Assembly: GCA_001002285.1 (NCBI GenBank) | Contig: LCLX01000001.1 | Coordinates: forward strand, 316,895-380,894 | Direction of reading: 5' to 3' | Origin: Microgenomates group bacterium GW2011_GWC1_46_15 | GTDB taxonomy: Bacteria; Patescibacteriota; Microgenomatia; UBA1400; UBA12028 | Length of the DNA: 64,000 nucleotides | Shown: in pieces, positions 17,474 through 27,764 of the stretch | Position numbering within the stretch: position 1 is the stretch's first letter | Layout of the letters: every line of letters starts with the position of its first letter | Translations under genes and position numbers: made by a program | Notes under the pieces: generated by a model | Databases searched by the model: none | Seen by the model: only the letters and a program-made list of their open reading frames with translations | Told to the model about the DNA's origin: nothing

Positions 17474-18253
17474 TTATTTTATAACTTGATGTATCGAAAA
17501 ATCTACAAATTCATTAACTTTTGATATGGCTAGCCCGACACTTTTCTGTTCGTTGCTCCATTGTACCTTTCTCCATGTTACTGCATTTTGTATCAATGAC
17601 TTCCATTGAGGAAATTCTTCACAAATCCATTCTGCAGCTTGTTTTTTTGATACTTCTTCACCGTGTTTGTAACCATACAATGCTCTGCATAATGTAAATA
17701 CTACATAAGCCAAAGAACCTCGGGAAGACTGAGTATTATATTTTTTTATCCATTCACTCCAAAGAAGCGTATTTTCTTTGACAGCATTAATATACTCATC
17801 TTTAGATATTTTTGTAATAATTGATGCTTGATTAGGACCAAAAAGCACAATCCCGTTTTCCTGAACGATATACCAATTTATTAACCAATCTTTTCCTGCT
17901 TCAATGAAATGAATTGGTTCACCGGGGCTAATATTAACAATCTTACTGGTTTGAACCTTGAATGTTTTTAAACCAGAAAGAGAGACATATTGCACCTCAA
18001 TTCTATCCTTCCACGTTTTATATTTGTGGATTAAATCATCATGCATTTTCTTGAGAGCTTCAAATTCTAGTTCATCAATATCTACCGATGTTACGGTGAG
18101 TAAATCGATATCACTTATATCATGATCAAAATCTCCCGTTACAAGTGATCCGTAGAGATATAAACCCACGAGTTTATCATGAAGAATCGATTGCATTCGT
18201 GTTAATAAAGTATTAAGCAATCTATTGACGTCACTATAAGGCGTTACATTCAT
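17474..18253 (-). CDS. AadA/ANT-like aminoglycoside nucleotidyltransferase-family protein
   Basis: GLYLYGSLVTGDFDHDISDIDLL (GS..DxD Pol-beta NTase motif); C-terminal TLCRALY..SKKQAAEW; AT-rich and antisense to the cluster. Confidence 0.8.
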   Translation of the reverse strand: MNVTPYSDVNRLLNTLLTRMQSILHDKLVGLYLYGSLVTGDFDHDISDIDLLTVTSVDIDELEFEALKKMHDDLIHKYKTWKDRIEVQYVSLSGLKTFKVQTSKIVNISPGEPIHFIEAGKDWLINWYIVQENGIVLFGPNQASIITKISKDEYINAVKENTLLWSEWIKKYNTQSSRGSLAYVVFTLCRALYGYKHGEEVSKKQAAEWICEEFPQWKSLIQNAVTWRKVQWSNEQKSVGLAISKVNEFVDFSIHQVIK

Positions 18254-18286
18254 AAGAAACATTATATATCGTGTTAGAATAACTGT

Positions 18287-19765
18287 ATGAAGAAATATCT
18301 TCTCCTAGCCCTTTTTCTTCTCACGCACTTTCTTTTTTTAACAAAGCTTCCTGTTTTTTCTGATGAGGCAATTTATATCCGGTGGGCGCAGGTTGCATTC
18401 AATGAACCGCAAAAATATGCGTTTCTTCCCATGCTTGATGGAAAACCCCCACTGCACGTATGGCTGATGATTCCATTTTTACGTATATTTTCTGACCCAC
18501 TATTTGCGGGGCGCGCATTTTCTGTTCTTGCCGGCGCACTCACGATGCTTGTCGTCGGAAAACTTGTGCGGCTGTTAGGCGGAAAAGAACGCGAAGAACT
18601 TTTAGCCATGGCGTTGGTTGTGGTTGTGCCATTTTGGTTTCTCAACCATCGTATGGCGTTAGCAGACGGACTACTTGTGCTGTTTTTTAGTATGGCGCTG
18701 TATTTTGGATTACGGTTGTGTATGAAACCACGGCGTTTCGAGATGATCGCGTTTGCACTGAGTTTTGGTGCTGCGTTGTGGGTCAAAACAACGGCGCTAT
18801 TTTTTATTCCGGTGTATGCGTGTTTACCACTGCTTGCACTGAGTACAGAGAATAAAAAAATCTCATTGAACGCGATAATAAAAACGTACATAAGCAGAGC
18901 CACTCTCAAACTTATCATCGGTGGTCTTCTGGCCGGTGGACTATTTTTACTCCTAAAGTTTTCACCTCTTTTTCCGTATCTTTTCAAGCGAAGCGAAGAC
19001 TACACGTTCACCATTCCTCAGCTTTTGGGCGGGGAATGGAAAGTCGTGCTATTTGATTCGCTTCCGCAAAAACTGTGGTGGATTGTGTGGTATATGACGC
19101 CGTTTGCATTTTTGCTCTCTTTATTTGAACGGAAGAAAAATAGTGTTCTTTTTCTTATGGCAGCAGCCTATGTTCTCCCTTTAATAATAATAGGAAGAGT
19201 TTTATATTCAAGATATTTTTTGCCCACCGCCGTACTATTTACCCTTTCTGCAGTCATTGGATACGGCAGAGCAAGACAACAAAAGTCTTTGCAAAATATC
19301 GCGCACATTTTAATGGCATGTTTTCTCGTGTTTTCAATTGTTTTCTCTGGTATTTCAGTATTTAAGCCGGAAAGCACGCCATATGTCCAGCTCGACCGCA
19401 GCCAATATCTCCTATCTTGGGCTGCCGGCTACGGCATTCCGCAGGTCCGCGACTATCTCACCGAACGCATAAAACACGGTAAAGTAACGGTTGGTGCAGA
19501 GGGATACTTTGGGACGCTTCCCGATGGTCTTCTCATGTACTTTGACCATGTGCCAAATGGCGGAAATATTCGCATAGATGGTGTCGGCGTTTCTCCTGAA
19601 GTGATCCCGCAATGGGTTCTGGACTCCGCAAAAACAAGCGAAACATATCTCCTCCTTAATGATGACCGTTTTCACATGGCGGACAAATCACACCTTCAAT
19701 TGGTTTCGTCTTATCCGCGCCCAGATCACGCGCCCTCGCTTTTGCTCTTGAGAGTCGTGCGATAA
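18287..19765 (+). CDS. GT-C membrane glycosyltransferase (ArnT/PMT_2-like)
   Basis: FSDEAIYIRWAQ, DGKPPL, RMALADG, YSRYFLP; polytopic. Confidence 0.82.
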   Translation: MKKYLLLALFLLTHFLFLTKLPVFSDEAIYIRWAQVAFNEPQKYAFLPMLDGKPPLHVWLMIPFLRIFSDPLFAGRAFSVLAGALTMLVVGKLVRLLGGKEREELLAMALVVVVPFWFLNHRMALADGLLVLFFSMALYFGLRLCMKPRRFEMIAFALSFGAALWVKTTALFFIPVYACLPLLALSTENKKISLNAIIKTYISRATLKLIIGGLLAGGLFLLLKFSPLFPYLFKRSEDYTFTIPQLLGGEWKVVLFDSLPQKLWWIVWYMTPFAFLLSLFERKKNSVLFLMAAAYVLPLIIIGRVLYSRYFLPTAVLFTLSAVIGYGRARQQKSLQNIAHILMACFLVFSIVFSGISVFKPESTPYVQLDRSQYLLSWAAGYGIPQVRDYLTERIKHGKVTVGAEGYFGTLPDGLLMYFDHVPNGGNIRIDGVGVSPEVIPQWVLDSAKTSETYLLLNDDRFHMADKSHLQLVSSYPRPDHAPSLLLLRVVR

Positions 19766-19783
19766 CCAGGGTAAAATACTGGT

Positions 19784-21436
19784 ATGCGGCGCATGTTTGT
19801 TTTTCTTATCTGCGTGATCGTTACACTATTCAGCCTCCGCTTCCTTTTTAACACAACATTTTTTCCGATTCATGATTACACGCACGTAACCCGCCTTGTC
19901 GAGATGGATCGGGCGCTCCGCGATGGGCATTTCCCCGTGCGATGGGTGCGCGATCTTGGGTATGGATACGGCGAGCCACTGTTTAGTTTTTATGGACCCG
20001 CACCGTTTTATCTTGCCGAAGTGTTCCACCTTCTTGGTTTATCGTTTCTCGTGAGCATTAAGGCGCTTCTTGTTGTGATGACGCTTGCCGGATTTGCCGG
20101 CATGTATCTTTTGGCGTCAAAACTGTTCGGGCGGACAGGCGGAATACTAGCGGCTTCCGCGTTTTTACTCATTCCATACCGGGCGCTTGACCTTTTTGTC
20201 CGCGGTGCGTTCAACGAGCTGTTTGCCATTACAGTAGTTCCTTGGATTATGTACGGCATGCTGAACATGAAAGAGAAAAAATCGTGGAGATGGGTCGGCG
20301 CCATCACTGGGCTGTTTTTCCTTCTTTTTACGTCGCACAACCTCATGACGATGATGTTTCTTCCGTTTTTATATATTTTTGGAGTTGTTGTATTGTTTGG
20401 AGTAAAAGATAAACGGACGTACGCGCTAAAACTTCATTCAGCGCTTCTCTTGGGGGTTGTCGCGGCGGCGTTTTATCTTTTCCCCTCGTATCTTGAAAAA
20501 GGATTTACGCAGGTGGACAAGTTGATCGGTGGGTATGGTCTGTACGCATATCACTTTTTATATATCCGCCAATTTTTCACGGGTGTATGGGGATACGGTG
20601 GCTCGATTTCCGGAATAGAAGATGGGCTTTCGTTCCATCTTGGACTGGCGCATGTGGTATTGGCGGCGGTTGGCATAGCGGGGTGGTTTTTTCTCAAAAA
20701 GAAACGATCTGAAAAAATGCTCGCAGTTTTTATTGCAGCAGCAGCAGCGCTTGCGCTCTTTCTAACAATTTACAAAAGCCAGTTCATTTGGGATAGAATT
20801 CCGTTTTTTGTGTATTTTCAATTTCCATGGCGGTTTCTTTCGGTCACAACAGTGTTTTTGCCGTTGATGGCGGGTGGGGCGGTACTATGGATTCATAAAA
20901 AGTCGCATCGTATTTTGGCGGTGTGTGTGGTCATCATTGCATTACTCATTCTTAACTTGAAATACTTTGCACCCTCCAAACTTCTTGATAATCCGAACGC
21001 GCTGTACTACTCCGACCCGCAGAGAATTCAGGACTCAATGAGCGACACACTGCCGGACTACATTCCAATTGGCATGAAAGTCATTCAACCGCCGTTCCAA
21101 CAACCGTTTGAGTTGCTTGGAGCTTCCACAAAAGATCAAATCCAAGTTTTTGTAGATCGCACACAAGAAAAATTGTTATCCTTTACTCTGCAAAAACCTA
21201 CGACATTAATCGTTCGCACGGCGTGGTTCCCCGGCTGGACGGTGTACGACTTTGATCAAAAAATCACATATACTGTTGATACCACGACGGATTTTATTTC
21301 GGTTCCGTTACAAGAAGGACAACATTTTATCAGCGTTGTATTTGAAAATACTCCAGTACGTGCGGTATCAAATCTGATATCGATACTTGGGTTGTTGGGT
21401 ATAGCGGGAGCATTGTTTTATGGTAGACATGATTGA
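19784..21436 (+). CDS. GT-C membrane protein, PTPS-related/YfhO-like
   Basis: HDYTHVTR, GHFPVRW, GYGEPLFSFYGP, VRGAFNE, QFPWRFL, C-terminal WFPGW. Confidence 0.8.
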   Translation: MRRMFVFLICVIVTLFSLRFLFNTTFFPIHDYTHVTRLVEMDRALRDGHFPVRWVRDLGYGYGEPLFSFYGPAPFYLAEVFHLLGLSFLVSIKALLVVMTLAGFAGMYLLASKLFGRTGGILAASAFLLIPYRALDLFVRGAFNELFAITVVPWIMYGMLNMKEKKSWRWVGAITGLFFLLFTSHNLMTMMFLPFLYIFGVVVLFGVKDKRTYALKLHSALLLGVVAAAFYLFPSYLEKGFTQVDKLIGGYGLYAYHFLYIRQFFTGVWGYGGSISGIEDGLSFHLGLAHVVLAAVGIAGWFFLKKKRSEKMLAVFIAAAAALALFLTIYKSQFIWDRIPFFVYFQFPWRFLSVTTVFLPLMAGGAVLWIHKKSHRILAVCVVIIALLILNLKYFAPSKLLDNPNALYYSDPQRIQDSMSDTLPDYIPIGMKVIQPPFQQPFELLGASTKDQIQVFVDRTQEKLLSFTLQKPTTLIVRTAWFPGWTVYDFDQKITYTVDTTTDFISVPLQEGQHFISVVFENTPVRAVSNLISILGLLGIAGALFYGRHD

Positions 21437-22871
21437 TGTAAAGAAAAAATCAGTGCGGGGCGTTGTGAGTTACGCATTCCGAACACTTGCTTTGCAGGCT
21501 ATTGGGTTTGTCGCGACCTTGCTCCTGGGGTATTACTTGTCGCCAGCTGACTTTGGCATTTATTTTATCGTAACTGCAGTCATTGGAGTCTTTACATTCT
21601 TATCTGATATTGGTTTGGCGGCAGCGCTTGTGCAGAAAAAAGAGGAACCAACGCGCGAGGATCTTCAAACAACGTTTACCGTTCAGCAAGGATTGGCGTT
21701 CACGATTTTTGGCGCAACAATTCTGTTGACGCCGTTCTGGAAAACGTATGCCAATCTCGATACCGAGGCGCTGTGGCTTTTATATGCGTTGGGTTTTTCA
21801 TTCGTGTTGGCCTCGCTCAAAACAATCCCATCTATTTTGCTTGAAAGAAAACTTGAGTTTACAAAACTTGTTTTTCCTCAAATCATTGAAAATGTCTTGT
21901 TCTACAGTATCGCGGTTGCCTTGGCCGCCTCAGGCTTTGGCGTGCGTAGTTATACCATCGCGGTATTGGCACGGAGCATTGGTGGAGTAATCGCGATTTA
22001 TTTTATTCAGAGTTGGCCCATTGGTTTTGCATTTTCCAAGAAGGCGCTCCATAACTTATTGCGGTTTGGCGCAAAGTTCCAGTTGAATGATTTTCTTGCC
22101 CGTATCAAAGACGATCTGTTTATTGTCGTGATTGCCAGATTTATTCCCGCGACGCAGATGGGATACTTGAGTTGGGCAAAGCGATGGTCAATGTTCCCGT
22201 ACCAGTTCAGCGTGAACAGCATTATGTCGGTTACGTTTCCAACGTTTTCCCGCCTTCAGGAGCATCCAGATAAACTCAAGCGCGCGATCGAGAAATCTAT
22301 GTACTTCGTTACGCTTGTTATCTTTCCCGTACTCGTGGGGTTGTGTGTGTTGGCGTATCCAATGATCGGCATCATTCCAAAGTATCAAAAATGGCTGCCC
22401 GCACTTCCCGCGCTGTACTTTTTCTGTATAAACATCGCATTCGCGGCGCTTTCAACCCCGCTGACAAATACGCTCAACGCAATCGGAAAAATTAATCAAA
22501 CACTCAAACTCATGCTCATGTGGACGGGGCTAACGTGGACGCTTACCCCGCTCGCCGTGATGATGTTTGGATTTACCGGTGTTGCGGTCGCTTCGGCGGT
22601 TATCGCGTTGAGTTCAGTTGCAACAATTTGGATGGTAAAGAAGTACGTGCGGATTAAAACTCTCGATCAGATTTGGAGGCAAGCGTTTGCCTCACTTGCA
22701 ATGGGTGCTGCAATCCTTCTTGTACAAAATATATTCCACGTAGGATTAGTAGAAGTGTTAGCAGAAATTGTTTTGGGTGGTCTTTTCTACCTCGTGTTGT
22801 TATTAATCACGGGCAAGAAAAAACTCTTTTTTGAGCTCGAGTCCATTAAACCTTTTTTTGTGAAAGGATAG
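21429..22871 (+). CDS. Wzx-type oligosaccharide flippase
   Basis: LSPADFG, SDIGLAAALVQKK, LLERKLEF, VTFPTFSRLQ; about 12-14 TM (MOP/PST family). Confidence 0.9.
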   Translation: MIDVKKKSVRGVVSYAFRTLALQAIGFVATLLLGYYLSPADFGIYFIVTAVIGVFTFLSDIGLAAALVQKKEEPTREDLQTTFTVQQGLAFTIFGATILLTPFWKTYANLDTEALWLLYALGFSFVLASLKTIPSILLERKLEFTKLVFPQIIENVLFYSIAVALAASGFGVRSYTIAVLARSIGGVIAIYFIQSWPIGFAFSKKALHNLLRFGAKFQLNDFLARIKDDLFIVVIARFIPATQMGYLSWAKRWSMFPYQFSVNSIMSVTFPTFSRLQEHPDKLKRAIEKSMYFVTLVIFPVLVGLCVLAYPMIGIIPKYQKWLPALPALYFFCINIAFAALSTPLTNTLNAIGKINQTLKLMLMWTGLTWTLTPLAVMMFGFTGVAVASAVIALSSVATIWMVKKYVRIKTLDQIWRQAFASLAMGAAILLVQNIFHVGLVEVLAEIVLGGLFYLVLLLITGKKKLFFELESIKPFFVKG

Positions 22872-22873
22872 GA

Positions 22874-24919
22874 ATGAACAGCGTGTACTCGTTTCTAAGT
22901 ATTCAGTTTTGGTTTTTTACTCTCGTTTTTGTTCTCGCGACGTATGTTGTATGTTTTCTTGCCGGCAAGCTTGTGTTAAACCACGCACCGGTAAAATCGG
23001 AGGGAGCATTTCACTTTTTTCTTGCGAATGTCATCGGCCTCGTATTGTGGTCTTTGCAGGGGTATGTTTTTGGATACGCGCACCTTCGATGGCTTAGTTA
23101 TGTCTATGTAGTGGGCGTGCTGTATCTTTCGCGCAAAGATATACTTCAGACTATAAAAAGAGGAATCACTCCTGTTTTGCGGAACATTCTCTCATTTGAC
23201 CGTGTCATAGTAGGATGTATTGTTGTTGGCGCTATTCTCCAAGCGCTTCCTGTTTTTGGTTCCGGAGCAATGTATCCGGATGGCATCCGTTTTTACAAAA
23301 ACAACGCATACGATGGTGTGATGCATCTGAGTTATGTCGAATCAATCGTGAGAACATTTCCTCCGCGTGAACCCGGTTCATATATTTTGCCGCTTAAAAA
23401 TTACCACTATTTTGGGGACCTTTTTATTGCAGAACTTACGCGTATTTGGCGCATTCCCATCTCTCATATTTTTTTCCAATACATCACGATATACATTTCG
23501 GTGCTAACGGGCATTGGATTATATCTGCTCGTGAAAGAATGGGGAGGAAAAACTTCGACCATCCGTTGGGCGCTTTTCTTTTTATATGGAGCGGGAGAAC
23601 TCACATATCTTTTTATCCTCTTTTTTCACCGGATTGTAGAGTTTAATACGCCGGCATTAGACAACGGCATTGATCAGTTCTTAAACCTTCCGCATACTTT
23701 TGGGAAACTTATCTTTTTTGCAGGACTTCTCACATTATGGAACTGGAAAAAATCGCGTAAAAACGTATGGCTCATATTAACGATACTGCTTTTTGCTCCA
23801 CTCATCGGTTTCAAAGTATATTTTGGATTATTTGCCGGCATTGGGTTGGGATTGGTTTTACTTGACTATCTTGTGCGGAAGTATCTGCAGATAGTTCGTA
23901 CACACGGTATGTTCGGCGCTATATGGAAGACAATACTGAAAGAAAAAGTTGCTGTGCTTTGTGGACTTGGTTACATTCTCATCACGTTGGCAGTATATCT
24001 TCCAAGTAATGCTACTTCCGGAGGATTCTTTTACGCGCCTATGGAATGGCCCAAAATCTTTCTAGGGGAAGAAAATATTAACTGGACCGCATGGTGGTTA
24101 AGAAGTGCTGTATATCAAGATGCAAAAAATCTCCGCGGGATCATTGCGATGAACACAATCGCGATCGGTATTTTTCTTTTATGCATGCATGGAACACGCT
24201 TGCTTGGTGTATTGGTTGTCCCAAAACTACAGAAAGCGCTGGGGAGAGAAGGAGCGCTGTTTTTTATTCCCGGAACAGTCATTTTTACGATCATCGGTCT
24301 TACAACACTGCAAGTTTCTGGAATGTTTAATGTGTTTAACTTTTTTGTTGTAACAAGTGTACCACTCGCAATTTCTGCCGCGTTTTTGTTGGATGCATTA
24401 TGGAGCTCGAAATGGCGGTTTCTGCGGTTTGTAGTCACACTCATCGTTCTTTTTACCCTCCCGAGAGTGATGAATGACGCATATGAAACAATACTCATGT
24501 ACACAACAAAAGAGTTTTATTACGCTATTCCCCGTGGTGAGTTAGAAGCGTTTCGGTATATTGATCAACATGCACCAAAAGATGCAATCGTTCAGTCACA
24601 CCCCGAAAACCCACTTGATACGTACACGCAATATAGTTCGTTTTTTGTAAACAGGATGACGTATATAACGGGCGCAGGCAATCTAGAAACGCACAATGAG
24701 CCATTCAAAGAACAACAGCGGGAGGTAAATAAAATATTCTATGCTCCATTCACGTCTCAAATGTTTGAACAAATGCGGGAAAAAGGAATTTCGTATATCT
24801 TTTTCCAAAAACACAATCCTGCACAAAAACTTCCTTTTGATGCCAAAGACCTCGACACAAATATGGTGCGGCCATTTTTTGAAAACGACACCATTCTTGT
24901 ATTAGAACGTGTGCGATAA
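22874..24919 (+). CDS. Large polytopic membrane protein, probable GT-C
   Basis: DGVMHL...FPPREPG..NYHYFGDL loop motif, GFKVYFG, soluble C-terminal domain. Confidence 0.65.
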   Translation: MNSVYSFLSIQFWFFTLVFVLATYVVCFLAGKLVLNHAPVKSEGAFHFFLANVIGLVLWSLQGYVFGYAHLRWLSYVYVVGVLYLSRKDILQTIKRGITPVLRNILSFDRVIVGCIVVGAILQALPVFGSGAMYPDGIRFYKNNAYDGVMHLSYVESIVRTFPPREPGSYILPLKNYHYFGDLFIAELTRIWRIPISHIFFQYITIYISVLTGIGLYLLVKEWGGKTSTIRWALFFLYGAGELTYLFILFFHRIVEFNTPALDNGIDQFLNLPHTFGKLIFFAGLLTLWNWKKSRKNVWLILTILLFAPLIGFKVYFGLFAGIGLGLVLLDYLVRKYLQIVRTHGMFGAIWKTILKEKVAVLCGLGYILITLAVYLPSNATSGGFFYAPMEWPKIFLGEENINWTAWWLRSAVYQDAKNLRGIIAMNTIAIGIFLLCMHGTRLLGVLVVPKLQKALGREGALFFIPGTVIFTIIGLTTLQVSGMFNVFNFFVVTSVPLAISAAFLLDALWSSKWRFLRFVVTLIVLFTLPRVMNDAYETILMYTTKEFYYAIPRGELEAFRYIDQHAPKDAIVQSHPENPLDTYTQYSSFFVNRMTYITGAGNLETHNEPFKEQQREVNKIFYAPFTSQMFEQMREKGISYIFFQKHNPAQKLPFDAKDLDTNMVRPFFENDTILVLERVR

Positions 24920-24942
24920 GGAGACTGGTGCATAATAGAAAG

Positions 24943-26061
24943 ATGAAATATCTTGGTTTGTTTCTCGCAGTGTTTATCACTGGATACCATGTGTTTTCGC
25001 AGTGGCAGGTCTTTTCTTCCCCAACGGATATGCGGGCATTTGGCAAGGCATATGCAAACTCACAATATGTAAAAGGAGAAGCGAGCACGCAGAAAGTTGA
25101 TGATGCGGCGGTGTATACATACGCGGCTTCTGCATACATGCGTGGGGAAGACCCAACGACAATTAACTTTGAGCATCCGCCATTAGGAAAGTATCTTTTT
25201 GGAGTGTCGTACCTCCTAACAGGAAATATATTATGGGCGAATGCAGTTGCGCTTTTTCTCGTTTTATTTTTTCTTGATGTACTTATGCGGCGCGTTAGCC
25301 TCATGCCACTATTACGCGCTATCGTACTTCTTCTTTTTGGTCTCCAGGAGATGATTCATGTTCACATGCGGTTGGGATTGATGGATCTCATGGTGTTGTG
25401 CGCGAGTGTGATATTTTTTGTGGCGCTTTTTTCGCAGAGTCCAAAACAAAATCCGAAATGGAAAAAATGGCACGGGGTTGGAGTAGGCCTTGTATTAGGG
25501 TTGCTTGCTTCGCTTAAATATCCTGTACCCTCAATTGGAATGTATGTGGCGATGATGGTGTGGTGGTACGTCCGGCAAAAAACATACCGACAGATTGTTG
25601 TTGCAAGTTTGGTGGCAGTGAGCATGTACATGTTTACGTACGGGGTGTATTTTCTTCATGGTCATTCGCTGATCGATTTTGTGAAGTTCGAATGGTACCG
25701 GTTCCGGTGGTGGACGGGAGATCGGAGTATGCCAAAGTTTTTAATTCTGCAGACTTTATTTACAGGGGGATTTCCCGCTTGGTGGGATAAAGGAGCGCGG
25801 TATGTGGAGACGGAATGGTCGGTGCTATGGCCGGTAGCGTATATTGCACAGTTCATCGGGCTTCCAGTGATGAGGAAAAACAAAGAGCTCCAAATGTATT
25901 TTGTGTATGGTACTGGATTTTTAATGTTATTTGCCGTTGGTGCGGCCTCGTTTGGTCGGTATCTCCAGCAGCTTTTGCCATTTTGGTTGATTATTGCGGC
26001 ATGTGGAGCGCAGTGGGTGTACACGCAAGTCAAAAAGAAAAACTATGCAAAACAAACATAA
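24943..26061 (+). CDS. GT-C, PMT-like glycosyltransferase
   Basis: DD acidic pair followed by NFEHPPLGKYL, the PMT/GT39-type loop-1 signature. Confidence 0.72.
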   Translation: MKYLGLFLAVFITGYHVFSQWQVFSSPTDMRAFGKAYANSQYVKGEASTQKVDDAAVYTYAASAYMRGEDPTTINFEHPPLGKYLFGVSYLLTGNILWANAVALFLVLFFLDVLMRRVSLMPLLRAIVLLLFGLQEMIHVHMRLGLMDLMVLCASVIFFVALFSQSPKQNPKWKKWHGVGVGLVLGLLASLKYPVPSIGMYVAMMVWWYVRQKTYRQIVVASLVAVSMYMFTYGVYFLHGHSLIDFVKFEWYRFRWWTGDRSMPKFLILQTLFTGGFPAWWDKGARYVETEWSVLWPVAYIAQFIGLPVMRKNKELQMYFVYGTGFLMLFAVGAASFGRYLQQLLPFWLIIAACGAQWVYTQVKKKNYAKQT

Positions 26062-27760
26062 CATTGTTTTTATGAAATATGTGATGCAGTGGGCAGTATG
26101 TGTAGGAGTTGTATTTTTTGTGTTTCTTCTTGTGATTCGTCCACTTCGGCAGTTCGGCATGATTCGTACATTTGATGATGTGCAGGTGGTTCGGGTGCAA
26201 GCGATGGTAGATGAGTTGAAGAGTGGGCAGTTTCCCGTGCGGCTGGTGAGCAAACTTGGTATTGGTGGTGGATATATGCTGTTCCAGTTTTACCCGCCAT
26301 TGGTGTACTACATTGGTGCTGTTTTTTTTGCGGTTGGATATCCAGTCGTGCATGCGACAAAACTCGTGTTTTTATTGGCGTATGCAGTTGGCGCAAGTGG
26401 AATGATGGTCCTGGGATATACGATGACGCGGAACAAAGTGTTGGCAACACTTGGGGCGATGATGTTGATTACATCGGCGTATTTTAACTTTGATGCCTAC
26501 TCGCGTGGAGCGCTTGCAGAGTTGATGGCATTTGGGTTTGTCCCGTGGGTTTTGTGGGCATATATGCAACTTCGGGGTGCAAACTCATCACTGCGGGATA
26601 CGGTGTGGATTCCGGTTTCCGCTCTTTCATATGCTGCGCTTGTGTATGCACACACGATTATTGGATTTGCGTTAGCGCCTTTTGTTGCACTGATGTGTAT
26701 ATGGCGGCCATTTTCTCGAGGAAGATGGATGAGATTTGGTGTGTCTGCACTTGTGGTGTTTGGACTATGTGCATCATTACTTTTGCCGGTCATGAGTGAA
26801 CGGAAGTATGTGGCATATGACAGCACTGAGTATGCACAGGATGCGTATCGTGGAACGTTTCGCAATTTTTCACAAATATTTGGAAGCGAGAGTCTTTTGA
26901 ATGATTTTCGGGCACCAAGTTTGGGTGTAGGTTTGGCAGTTGGTGGATTGGTAAGCTTGATATATGGATTGTGGTATATACAAAAGCATGTTCAAGGAAA
27001 AAAAGATAAAGTGATGGCGTCGCATATGCAGGCAATTCTTTGGAGCACAATACTTGCTATGTTTTTAATGCACCCTGCAAGTACATGGGTATGGGAGCGC
27101 GTGAGTTACCTCCGATTTATGCAGTATCCATATCGGTTTCTCACGGTGCTAACGGTATACGCGATTCTCTGTGTGTTACTATTTTTAAAACTTTCTCTAA
27201 AATCCAGGGTACATCGTGTAATAAAGATAATAGTTATTCTTGGCATACTTACAGCTCCATGGATATTTCAACGACAAAACTTTCAACCGCTTGGACATGT
27301 GTTTGTAGATACGTTCGAGGCAACGGGGAGTTGTGGGACAACGACCTGGCAAAATGAGTTACTTCCGCGATGGGTTGAAGAGTGTTTAGACGGGGGCGGA
27401 GGAGATGTTGTTCGGGCAAAAAGTAACGTAGTGAAGATTCAATCAATTTCTGTTGACAAAGGAGAACGGAAAATTTCCTTTATAACAAATGGCAAAGCGG
27501 GGGAAGTATTTGTGCGGAAGTATTATTTTCCCGGGTGGATTGTACGAACACCATCAGAGAGTTTTGTTCCGAGCTACACAACGCATAACGGACTCATAAC
27601 TTTTTTTGTGCGCAAAGGGGTAACCGAGTATAGGGTTGTGTTTACAGACACTCCTGTTCGAAAGATTGGAAATAGTGTAACCGTGGGAACTGCAGTAGCT
27701 GTTGCGATATATATAATTGGGTGGGGAGTTCTGCGTGTTTGGAAGCGCAAACAAGCATGA
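26045..27760 (+). CDS. GT-C membrane protein, PTPS-related/YfhO-like
   Basis: GQFPVR, FQFYPPL, SRGALAE, QYPYRFL, YFPGW; paralog of 19784; start could also be 26072. Confidence 0.78.
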   Translation: MQNKHNIVFMKYVMQWAVCVGVVFFVFLLVIRPLRQFGMIRTFDDVQVVRVQAMVDELKSGQFPVRLVSKLGIGGGYMLFQFYPPLVYYIGAVFFAVGYPVVHATKLVFLLAYAVGASGMMVLGYTMTRNKVLATLGAMMLITSAYFNFDAYSRGALAELMAFGFVPWVLWAYMQLRGANSSLRDTVWIPVSALSYAALVYAHTIIGFALAPFVALMCIWRPFSRGRWMRFGVSALVVFGLCASLLLPVMSERKYVAYDSTEYAQDAYRGTFRNFSQIFGSESLLNDFRAPSLGVGLAVGGLVSLIYGLWYIQKHVQGKKDKVMASHMQAILWSTILAMFLMHPASTWVWERVSYLRFMQYPYRFLTVLTVYAILCVLLFLKLSLKSRVHRVIKIIVILGILTAPWIFQRQNFQPLGHVFVDTFEATGSCGTTTWQNELLPRWVEECLDGGGGDVVRAKSNVVKIQSISVDKGERKISFITNGKAGEVFVRKYYFPGWIVRTPSESFVPSYTTHNGLITFFVRKGVTEYRVVFTDTPVRKIGNSVTVGTAVAVAIYIIGWGVLRVWKRKQA

Positions 27761-27764
27761 TGTG

